A stretch of 63,778 bases of DNA, counting the filler, from Stramenopiles sp. TOSAG23-3 (taxonomy: Eukaryota): assembly GCA_900128585.1 (NCBI GenBank). It is 7 parts of 7 records of this genome, joined end to end, with 100 filler letters (N's around TTAATTAATTAA, not from the genome) between each part and the next. Parts side by side here need not be neighbours in the genome. Positions count along the whole stretch, not along the records: positions 1 to 26,461 come from LT642274.1; 6 more parts are not named here. One strand, written 5' to 3'. The notes under the pieces are model-generated. The model was not told the origin of the DNA. It made no database searches and worked only from the letters and a program-made list of their open reading frames with translations. The position numbers and the translations under genes were made by a program. Of the stretch, positions 1-10,113 are shown piece after piece (positions within the stretch are counted from its first letter, which is position 1; each line of letters starts with the position of its first letter).

Positions 1-378
1 TACTGCCGTGGTGCTTTTATTTTTAATTTATTGAATGCGTTGTTGTTGTTGCTTCTTCCGGTTGTTTATTTTTATTTTCTTCTATTTATTATTTATCATT
101 ATTTATTATTATGGCAGTTGGAGGAGAGAAGAAGAAGAAAGAAGAAGAGAAAGAAGAATAGTTTCGTTCCCACTTCTTTTTTTTATCAATAGAATTTCAC
201 GGTAGAAGTGTATATTCTTGCATGCATGCTTTTTTCTTTTAAAGTCGATAAGTTAGATTTTAGACTCTAGTAGTAGTCTTTGAAGAAAAAAATTAAAAGA
301 AGATTGGATTGGTCGAGCGAACAAAAGTACCTTTGATTTTGTTGCAAGCTCACGAGTAGTTTGGGTGCACGCACTACT

Positions 379-3300
379 ATGGCCAACGTCAACCCGAACT
401 CCTGGAGATACGTTTCCGTGCTGTTGTTACCAGGCACAAAGTGCTATGAACGGTTCACGGATGAAACCATTGCATCAGTAAGGCAAGAGATTATTGACGG
501 GATAAGCGGGGTTGGCCTCACCCCAAGAGAAAAGAGTAGGTTCCAGTACATCGACACTGCTTTCGCTAGCGCCGGTGGCTTCGCCTCCAAAATTGCGGCG
601 GACAAATCTACGGGTTTAGAACGAAAGAAAGCCGAAGTGGCAGAATACAAAGCAGCTCAAAAGGAAGCAGAGAAGGCTGCGGCGGCGAAGGCTAAAAAGA
701 ATGCCAGGAAAAGGGGGAAAGCGAAGGCGCCGAAGGCTGAGTCGAAGAAGAACCCGGAGGATGAGGTGCCAGATGAGCTGAAGCGAGATCCTGCGGCCAT
801 AAAGGCCTCTTTGTCACACATGCAGGACGAGGAAAAGTCGGGAGGAGGCGGGGGGAGGGGGGGGGAGTGGAAACGAGAGCGAAGCGGAAACGCCGTTAGG
901 GGATGGCGCCGCCAAGGCGCTTGATGTGACGGAGCAAGAGGGTGCGGCCGATATTATTTACATTTTAGGGGGCGATATCCCATCCCCCGAAAGTGTAGAA
1001 AGCTTGCTAAAGCACGACGGCCTTGGGGGTAAGAGCGACACCGTCGAATCCTCTCTACTCCACATCGTGGTGGAGCTGTCCTCTCACCGCCCGGTCCGTG
1101 CTGGCCTGAAGTCGCCTTCCCACGACTTGAAGGAGGCCGCCAAAAAGAACTTTCAGGCCTGGAAAAACCTACCTTTTCTTGAAGTAAAAGTAGACACACC
1201 GACGGAGAAACTGCGCGGCACTGGCCAAATCGCAAAAGACCTTTTGCGTGTCATCGGGGATACCGCGGTCGACCGGTACATGTACGACGAGTGGTTGAAA
1301 GCTGCCACAATTATCACCGTCCCAAAAACCACGGCAGGGATAAACGAGACGGCTAAACTAGCGAAGGATCACTACGATGTTATGATCAATCGTTTGAGAG
1401 AAGACTGTGGCGGCGTTTCTTTGGCCGTCCATTGCATGGCGGAAGCGGTGGTCCGTGCGCAGATAGGCGATGTGAACGAGTGGGGAGAGTTTGACGATGC
1501 CGTCAGCGCAGCGAAGCCCAGCAGTACCAAGAAGCAGGGCGGGGGGTCCTCTGTTCTTCTTGTAGTCGAGGATGGGGACAAAACGTTGCGGGATATTGCG
1601 TCTGCTCCGGGGAAAGACATATTAGAAGGTAAGATTGGGAGCGAAATGATAGTTGACATTGCTCAAAAACTTGGGTCACTTCTTCGAGTGCCGGGTGGCC
1701 TGGGCCGAGCAGGAATGCCTCGCCGGCCGACCTACAGCGAAGAGAGACGGGGAATGGATCGGACAGAATTGCTCACTTTTGTCAGCACATCGACGGGCCA
1801 GCTGCAACGAACCCAGTGGATGGCAATGTTTGAAAACATGCTGCAAGAGGCAGACCCTACCAATTCTAAAATATGGATCGATAGCGGTGCGTTTTACAAG
1901 CGTACCTGGCGAGAACGTATTTTACCGAACACCATCTCTCAAATTGTCGGGGAGGCCACCACGCAAGCGCGCAGGGGGGACGTTCTGACCTTTTATGATA
2001 ATGCCACCGACAAGTTGCTCGTTGCAGTACACACGCCTACTGCAGACGGTAGAATGAGGGAAGAACACTTTGATACTGGATCAAGCGGATGCTGCAGTGT
2101 ACCACCTGGCTTTGCGCGATGGTGCCGCTCGCGGAATGAACAGTTGAGCGCAAACATTACCCGGGCTCAACAAAAATATGCGGCTCTGCAGGACAAACTT
2201 AGAATGGGGGAGATGACAGCAAAACAAGTTGAAAGGGCCCAGAGCAAAATTGCGGCAAAGTCTGCGCGGACGGTTGCCCTCACTGCACCCGTGCTGTACA
2301 ATATGGAAAGCGCATTGATCCAGAGAGTCGAAGACGACCTGATATCTTTGTTTCCAGCCGATGGTGCCATTATACGCATTCGTAAGTTTAAACAGGGAAA
2401 GGTCGGGAACTGCGTGTGGACGACGGTAGAAAAGGACGGGGCCTGTTTTGGAATGAGGGAGCGGCTTCCGCGTGAGATTGCCCATAATGGAGCGGTAATT
2501 GCAACGAAGGGTTCTTCCAGGCCAAGCTCAAAAGGCAGCAAAAAAGGAGGTTCTCGCCCTGGTACACAGGGAAGTGACAAAGGGGGAGATTTGAACGATC
2601 AAGAGTACAGCTGTTTGTTCGTCGCTAACTTTGCTGATGGATCCAGGGCCACTGTTGACCAGGGCCCCTCTTTTCCAAAAAAGCCCGACGGGCATGGGAC
2701 CATACGTGCAATAGTAACTGGTAGGGACGGCTTGGCTGTAGAAGTAGGCACAGATGGATCCATCTCACAAAGATTTGTATCGAAATCGACGAAAAGACCT
2801 GCTGCAGCGGTAGGAGAGATATGCCGATCAATCATTCCGGGTGGGAAGGTCATACGGTACATGGAAAGTGGGAACATTCAAATTCTGTTTCCTAGTGGAC
2901 AGACTTCCGTGTTCCAAGCGAGTGGTCCTGATGCTGGCTCTTGGATAATAACGACCTCTGCTGGGTACAAGCTCAAAAGACCCCCGAAAGGAAGCATTGG
3001 GAAAAAAGGCCCAGAGGGTGTGCGTGGAACTGAGCTAATTCAATTGAAGCGTTGCCCAGTGCGGGTATCGACAGACCCTATTTCGCTGTCCAAGATTTTG
3101 CAGAGAAAAGATGGTGTATCTATGATTACATACATAGATGGGAGTGTCTTAACTACCCATGCCGATGGCACAACTATCCTGAAACAAGAAGGCAGCGGTG
3201 GGGAGGAAGACGCTGGGTTTGTGACCGTCACAGCCCCCGGTTTTACTAGGGTTGAGCTTGATATTGACGTGGACGAAAATGCATTCCGGCACGCAAACGG

Positions 3301-5674
3301 CCTTCGAATTGCTTTGTCAAAAGGCGGGATGCAGAAGCGCACCGGCTGTGTTTTGTCGGATGGAACGGTCATAGAAGCAATGTACAACACAAAGTTTACC
3401 GCAAGTGTAAATGGCAGTTTAAGCGTTTCTAAACCTGATGGTACAGAAATCGTTGCTTCTGACGATGGATCCGTGGAGTTTCGCCCAGGGTGTCTTGCAC
3501 CTGCAGACGGGGGGGCGTCACTGGAAGACAGAAAAATTGGACCAGACGGAAGCAAGGTACTGTCGGAAGCGCTGTCCGAGCCTGATACGACTACTGGTGT
3601 GTACTTTATCGATTGTTACAAAGGTGAAATGAGAACCAGTGACCCTGAGAACAACATATTTACCATCCAGATGGATGGAAAGTTCGAATTGGACTTGGCT
3701 GGCGAAGACGTAGCAGAGATTGACACCCCTGCCATAGTGAACAAACCGATTGAACCTAGGTTGTTTGTTCTCGAAGGAAATGGGTACGGCTACGAGTTTT
3801 TGAGACCAAGCGATGTTGAGGAATATTTCCGAAAAATACAAATTGATAGCACTGGTACCATTAGGAGGCTGGATCCCTCGCAAGCCATAGAATGCGCTTA
3901 CTCAAGAACTGATAAATCGAAAATCATGTATGACGTACTGGTGAGGAACGGAAAATTGTCTGAACCGAACTGCATGGACCGCCCTCCGGCTCCGGACAAA
4001 CCATATTTAGTTCTAACTGCTCCAGAAGCTGAAGTAAGAGCGCGAGAAGTTATTGTCGTTCGCAATTTAGAAGAAATGGAAGCATTGGATTTGGAATTGA
4101 AGGACAAGATATTTCGTGCGGAACGAGAGTGTGCGGAATGGCGCGATGCGAGAGAAGCGACTCAAGACAGGTTTGCTGTCGATGACGACCGAGACAAATC
4201 GGCTATTGATGCTGAAAAGGCAGTCGCGGCAGCAATCTTAGGTCTGAGGGATGTTAAGAAAGACGAGAAGGGAAAAGAAAGAAAGCCAAGTCGAAGAAGG
4301 AACAAGCGAGGGGCCCGCTCAACGTCCCGTAAAGCACAGAGCGCTGAGGATGTGGCTTCGAAGAAACCACCAGCTCCAGCCACGGTTGAAGGGGATGGTA
4401 GCAGCATAATTCTCCAGGGTGGCATTGAGAATAGTTCTTCGATGCTTGAAAGTGGGGACCTTACGGACCCGAATTCGTTAACAGATATAAACAGTTTGAT
4501 GAATAGCGCTTCTGTTTTGGAAGAAAAGTACGAAGAAAAATCTGCCGAAACAGGAAGTAAAGGAAGACGAAGGCGCCCAAAAGCTTCAGACCCTACTCGC
4601 GATGTTGGTGGGTTCTGGAAGAGCACAGAGGGAGTTCTTGCAACGGAAAGCATTATGAGCGTCCGTGGAGGTGAGACGATTGCTGAGGGATCAAATGTGC
4701 TTGAGGAGGAAGATTTAGAGGCATGGCAGAAGCAGCAATCGACAATGATGGGGACGTCGCCAGAAATGCTTGCCCGTGCGGAAAAAGAATTGGCTAGCGG
4801 CGCAGAGATCATTCCAAAGGCTAAACAAATAAATGGAAGTCAGAGGGAATATTCGGAAGTTGCAAACAAAGTTCAATTGAAACCGCTAACAAGTGAAGGG
4901 TCTGATCGAGATGCTCCTGTTGGCTCGGCCGTCGATGCCGCAAAAAACAAATCATCGTTGTCTGCTGCCGAAGAAAAAATGTTGCAGGATGACTACGAAC
5001 GGCTTCAATACCAAGGGGAAGAAATGGCCCGTGAGATTGCGGCTGAAAGGGCACGATCTGTGGGAAGAGGGGGGCAAGAAAATCGAGGGTCGCCAGAAGC
5101 AGTCCCGGGCAAGAAGGGTCGCATCAAATTGAACCGGTACAATGCAGAAGATTCGAAGGTTCGCCGAAAGATGAATACCTCCTCTACATTTTTACAGAGT
5201 AAAGTGGTAAGAGGGGTTGGTTCTGGGGGGCCAACGGAATACTTGCCGGCTGAAATTTTGCAAAATGCTGCCGCCTTCGAAGTGACTCCAGAGATCATCA
5301 ATTTGGGTCGACTATGTGCTGGGTGCTTGTACAAGACGACGGCAATGGTAAAAAATGTTGGTGCAGACACTTCCCGATTCCGGCTGACGCGACGAAACCA
5401 GCCACTTGATGGAGCTGGAAAATATGATGGTGGGCGAGATTCGGACATCCACAAAATGCGGGTGTTGTACCGGGCTGGCCCGTTGGCGGCAGGAATGCAT
5501 GCGAAACTTGACGTGGAGTTTGCTGCAAGCGGTGTCGGTGAAGTGGCTGATCATTTTGAGTTGGTTACCGAGCATCAGATCATACGTGTGCCGATTAGGG
5601 CAGAAATTGTTCAGCCGCTGGCCCACGATCCGCGCCATGTCCCGAAAGAAGTTACCTTTTTGAAAAAAATTTAA
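379..5674 (+). CDS. SPAG17: SPAG17/PF6-like flagellar central-pair protein, with one apparent frameshift in the G-run at ~850-866
   Basis: ORFs 361-924 (first ATG 379) and 926-5674 join if one G is removed from the poly-G tract, giving GGGSGNESEAETPLGDGAAKALDVTEQ. The protein has repeated beta-hairpin motifs (LFPADG, NFADGS, THADGT, KPDGT) and a C-terminal PapD/ASH-like domain (FEVTPEIINLG...VKNVGADTSRF...GPLAAGM), as in SPAG17/PF6. Confidence 0.65.
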
Positions 5675-6148
5675 GGGTACTAAAAAAAGGTAGACGACTA
5701 AACATACTCGTCATAAAAATATATAGGATGATTGAAATTTTTTAAATACTATTCTCGTAGTACGATATACCTCGTAATATATGCTGAAACCTTGATCAAT
5801 TTTGTTGTTGTGCGTGTATATTCGTTCTAAAAATAAAATTTAAATGATCAAGCGCACAAGAACACAGCAGCAGAGGAGAGAGAAGAAAGAAACGACGAAA
5901 TTTCCTTCCTCCCGTCCTTTCTTCCTTCTTCTCTTCTTCTTCTTCAACATTATTATATTATTTATTGGTCATCTTGCAAGTATACTATTACTATTAACTA
6001 AAAGAGCAAATGAAACAACAGATAATATAGCCAGGCTCTAACATTCTGCACAAATGTAAGAGTAAATGTGCTGAGAGAGCAAAACGTGAGCATTGAATTA
6101 ATTGAGTCCGTTATAAAATAACAATTTATTCGTTCCTGGTCCATAACT

Positions 6149-7258
6149 ATGTTTTTTTCTCCCCGTTTTAACCACCAAAAATGTAAGGCCCAGCTAAAAA
6201 TGGCGACCATAAGGATTGCCCAGCAAACGAATAAGAAGACCCAGTTAATGAAAATTCAAAAGCGAAACATTGCTCAATTGTTAACCGACGGGAAAGAAGA
6301 GAAAGCTAGGATCAAAACAGAGGCAATCATTCGAGAGGACTTCGTGATTGAAGCGTACGAAGTGCTGTCGTTGTTGTGTGATCTTTTGTATGAACGAATG
6401 CCCCTTATCCAGAGTCTTAAACTGTGCCCGCCGGACTTGCGTGAGAGCGTATGCACTTTGATATATGCTGCAGCAAGGACGGAGATACCCGAGTTGATGG
6501 AGGCCAGAAAGATGTTTACTATAAAATATGGGAAAGAATTTGCCGAGTCTGCTCTTATGAACGAAAACAACGTCGTAAACAATAGGGTTGTGCACAAACT
6601 AGGCATCACCCCGCCTAACACATTCCTAATATTGCAGTATATGAAAGTTATTGCGAAAGCCCACGACGTAGAGTGGGATCCTAAAGAAGAAAATGTCTCT
6701 GAAGCTGACCTAGCCGCACCAATGCCTGCCCCATCTGGGTTTACTGTGCAAGCTGGTGTAGGAGGCGGTATGCAGGGTGTTTATGGACAGTTTAGTCAAC
6801 CAGAAGGGGTCACTGGTTCGAGCCCTGCTGCATCGCAACCAGCTCCAGACCGTGTACAGTGTGGCCAATGCGGAGCGATTTTAGCGGTTCCAGCAAATGC
6901 CCCACGTTTCGCTTGTCCAAATTGTGGGGCACTTCTAGCCTCCCCGAATGTCCCACAGGTAGCCAAAGCTGTTCTTCCTGTTGCGGACATAAAAATTATT
7001 CCCAACGATGACAATGGGACGAATAAAGGAGGGGACGACAACTCTGGCGGCGGCAGTGGTGGTGACCATTCCCTCCCTAGCCCTCCCGCAGAAGTCCCTC
7101 GAGACATTCCTCCTCCCCCTGGAGAAGAAGACGAAAAGGCCCAGTTTCTTCGGCAAGATGCAAAGGACAATGAAAAAAAGGGTGAAGATTCTGTGGAAGA
7201 TGATGGGGCCCCATCATTGGACTCACTTGCCGCTAGATTTGCCAGATTAAAAGACTGA
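6149..7258 (+). CDS. IST1: IST1 (ESCRT-III-associated regulator of Vps4) with an extra CxxC..CxxC zinc finger
   Basis: Ist1 domain (IAQLL...EEKARIKTEAIIRED...ESVCTLIYAA.RTEIPEL...KYGKEF), Pro-rich linker, and a C-terminal MIM1-like SLDSLAARFARLK. Confidence 0.93.
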   Translation: MFFSPRFNHQKCKAQLKMATIRIAQQTNKKTQLMKIQKRNIAQLLTDGKEEKARIKTEAIIREDFVIEAYEVLSLLCDLLYERMPLIQSLKLCPPDLRESVCTLIYAAARTEIPELMEARKMFTIKYGKEFAESALMNENNVVNNRVVHKLGITPPNTFLILQYMKVIAKAHDVEWDPKEENVSEADLAAPMPAPSGFTVQAGVGGGMQGVYGQFSQPEGVTGSSPAASQPAPDRVQCGQCGAILAVPANAPRFACPNCGALLASPNVPQVAKAVLPVADIKIIPNDDNGTNKGGDDNSGGGSGGDHSLPSPPAEVPRDIPPPPGEEDEKAQFLRQDAKDNEKKGEDSVEDDGAPSLDSLAARFARLKD

Positions 7259-7499
7259 CCACCATAGATAGTATAAAAAGTGTTACTAACTTTTTTATGA
7301 TGAAGAATTTATAGATAAAGGCGCTGAGATAAATTTTTACGAAAAGTACAAAAATACATACAATTGTACTTTGTACTGCGAACTTTTAATTTCTTGTTTT
7401 TAGTAATTAAAATTTATCTTCCTCGTGCACCCTGCGATAAGATAAGATTAACTTTTGCCTTCTTTTTTATGTTAAATTACGAGTACATTTTTATCCTGT

Positions 7500-9167
7500 C
7501 TAAAAACCTTTTCTCCCAGAACCGTCATCCTGCTTACGAAGGCTCCCTTTCCCCCCACTATCCGGTGCACTGTCTGGACATTTCTTGTTAAGATCGTCCG
7601 CCTTTTTGTCGTTGTATGCCGTAAGACCCTTTACATTGTCAAGAAGCACCATGTCTGCGAGTTCTAGTCCACTAGTTGGCATTCGCCACCCTTCCAGGTG
7701 TTTCTGAACAAGCTCGGGAAATCGAAATTTTTTCATGGCCGTCGTAAAATCATTTGAATTCCGAAAAATACTAGGAAAATATAAGCCTGATTGAGAAGCT
7801 GTCATCTCTTCCATATTATTAGCCTGCTGTGAAAGGTCTACCCCGCACTTGCTGCTGGAAATTTCGCCACCCTCTGTGCCTGTGAATGGACACATACCCA
7901 AGCACATACAGACTGCTAATGGGCTACTTATTGCCGACTCTTCCGGTGCCGAGGGATCATCATCAATGTTAGAGATCAAAGCACGGGCTTTCACACTGAA
8001 CTGCAGTCTTTGAAAAAGCTCGTAGCAAGTATCGATTTGCTCGTCCTGGCTGGCTTTCTTTGCTCTGGTACAGTTTTCAAAGTCTACATCAGGCAACAGA
8101 GGGGGTGAACCCTCGCCTCTACATTTTTCTAGTTTGCACTTGTCTAACCCCCCCTGGCATTTCTCTTTTAACCACGAGTCATCCTTCAGTTGCTTGCATT
8201 TTACATCCAAATTTTTTTTCCTAGCCGCCTCTGCCTCCTTGTCAATGTCACCAAGTGTCTTATTGGTTTCTTGCTCTGCTGATTTGGGTCCAAATAATTC
8301 CTGGACTTGGAGTAACGCCTCTCCCGTGGCTTTAGCAAGCCCTTTTATTACTTTCTCGTTGTCCAGGTCTTTGTCTTCTTTGACACCCGCGTCCGAGGGG
8401 ACTAATTGCAGTACATCGTCGGAGTCAATCATGTAGGCGTCATAAAACTTTTTGCAGGAGTTTGGGAAATTTTTAAACCCATTAAGTTTACCGCACATAT
8501 CCCCTTGAAATATTGGCCATGACTTAACTATCCAATAGCATACATAGCAGTTGTCAGTTACTGGTTCTTTCCCTATTGGGGTACTTTTTACCTCAGGGCA
8601 ATTCATGTCTTTTTCACACATGCTGCTGGTCATGACCTCGTAGTCTCTTTCGCCATGGCACTGATCAGAAGATATCTCCCCTTTCATATTCCGGCAAGAT
8701 TTTGAGTCACAAGTCGGGTTCAAGCCTGGAAACTGCAGTTTCAGCGCACTGCAAATAGCGTACGGTTTCACATTGCAAGACATTAAGATGTTAACGAGAT
8801 TTCTAATTTTTGGGTCACGCATGAAATGCTCCGCTCCTCGAGAACAAATCTGTCCTCGGAGGCATGGGCTAAGCTCGTTCGGGGCTGGTTTTTCAGTGTC
8901 GAAGTTGGCGAGAATATTTTTTTCGCCCTCAGAAATTTTAGGCCTGTCGTTTTGGCACAACTGACCGCAATTGAAGCCGCACAATTCCCCGTCAGAACAA
9001 GGGAATGTTTTTGGAGTAGACTCAACTACCTCTTGACAAATATCGCATTCGAAACCACGACTTTTCCCACCCGCCCTTACCTGCAACAAATTTACTACCA
9101 CAAAGACAGTAAAAGTAAACTGGAAACTCCGTCGGTGCCTGCTGCAATTGGCAAACGGAGATAGCAT
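7500..9167 (-). CDS. Secreted Cys-rich protein with saposin-like motifs
   Basis: First ATG is at 9167. Hydrophobic N-terminal stretch FTFTVFVVVNLLQVRA. Saposin-B-like start and end motifs CDICQEVV/PYAICSALKL and CYVCYWIV/PLAVCMCLGMC. Confidence 0.55.
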   Translation of the reverse strand: MLSPFANCSRHRRSFQFTFTVFVVVNLLQVRAGGKSRGFECDICQEVVESTPKTFPCSDGELCGFNCGQLCQNDRPKISEGEKNILANFDTEKPAPNELSPCLRGQICSRGAEHFMRDPKIRNLVNILMSCNVKPYAICSALKLQFPGLNPTCDSKSCRNMKGEISSDQCHGERDYEVMTSSMCEKDMNCPEVKSTPIGKEPVTDNCYVCYWIVKSWPIFQGDMCGKLNGFKNFPNSCKKFYDAYMIDSDDVLQLVPSDAGVKEDKDLDNEKVIKGLAKATGEALLQVQELFGPKSAEQETNKTLGDIDKEAEAARKKNLDVKCKQLKDDSWLKEKCQGGLDKCKLEKCRGEGSPPLLPDVDFENCTRAKKASQDEQIDTCYELFQRLQFSVKARALISNIDDDPSAPEESAISSPLAVCMCLGMCPFTGTEGGEISSSKCGVDLSQQANNMEEMTASQSGLYFPSIFRNSNDFTTAMKKFRFPELVQKHLEGWRMPTSGLELADMVLLDNVKGLTAYNDKKADDLNKKCPDSAPDSGGKGSLRKQDDGSGRKGF

Positions 9168-10113
9168 GTTGTTCAAACGATGCAAATTAATATAAATTTG
9201 TGGCGTGCTATGAAACCTCTCTGTCCGTTCAATTTCAATAGACACGTTTCAAATTAAGCAGTCGGGGTGTACACCTTTCGGTGCGCGTGAATACTGTCAA
9301 TACGTTCAGTATTAAACTGAAATAGTAGTCCGATTACACTTCCATTGCCAATACTACTAATTTATTATTATATTGCACAAAAATAAAGGCCTCCTCCTCT
9401 TCCCCCCCCCCCATTATTAATTATTTTTGCTCCTCTCCGTCGGAAACTACTGTCGTCGTCTTCTCTGATCCACGGATGCTTTCCTATATAAAACCTGTCC
9501 AAGACTATTTTTTTAACCTGGTTTTGTCCCGATTCTAAGAGTATAACGATTGCCTGTAGTTCGACTACGCATTCTAATTGCTCCCTGCTCTGTAGTCCTA
9601 TTAATTTCNNNNNNNCGTAGTACTATGGTATTTATATTATACAGTGTAAGCTGAGGAGAAGAAGAAAGCCAAAACTCACTGCTCCGAGGTGGAGAGTTTC
9701 TATTCTACCTTCTTCATAGTCTATGTATTGTACTATCCTATATTAATTTGTACTTGCGAAGAAGAAGAAAACTTTTTATTTTAAAAAAAAAAAGAAAAAC
9801 AACAAACAAGTAATTACACTGTAATATTAATAGCAAAAAATTAAAAAAACAAATTCAAACATTGAACAACAAAAAAAGCACATATTAATACGGTAGCGCA
9901 GCAGGAAGGGAAGTCTTGATTAATAATAATAATATCGGGTCGAACAAGCATTAGTCTTGTAGAGTTGAACAAGCGAGGTGGGATGTATTTAAAAAGAAAT
10001 TATGAATAAATTATCAGTGAACTCAAAGCAAGTAAATTTTATGTCGAGTGAAAGCTGAACTGATAGATTATTGAAGGTATTTGTTTTTGGCAGCAAATTT
10101 TTGTTGGCGGACC

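Noticed and set aside
361-924. Independent 187-aa gene
   Set aside because: Better explained as the 5' part of the SPAG17-like gene upstream of a homopolymer frameshift.
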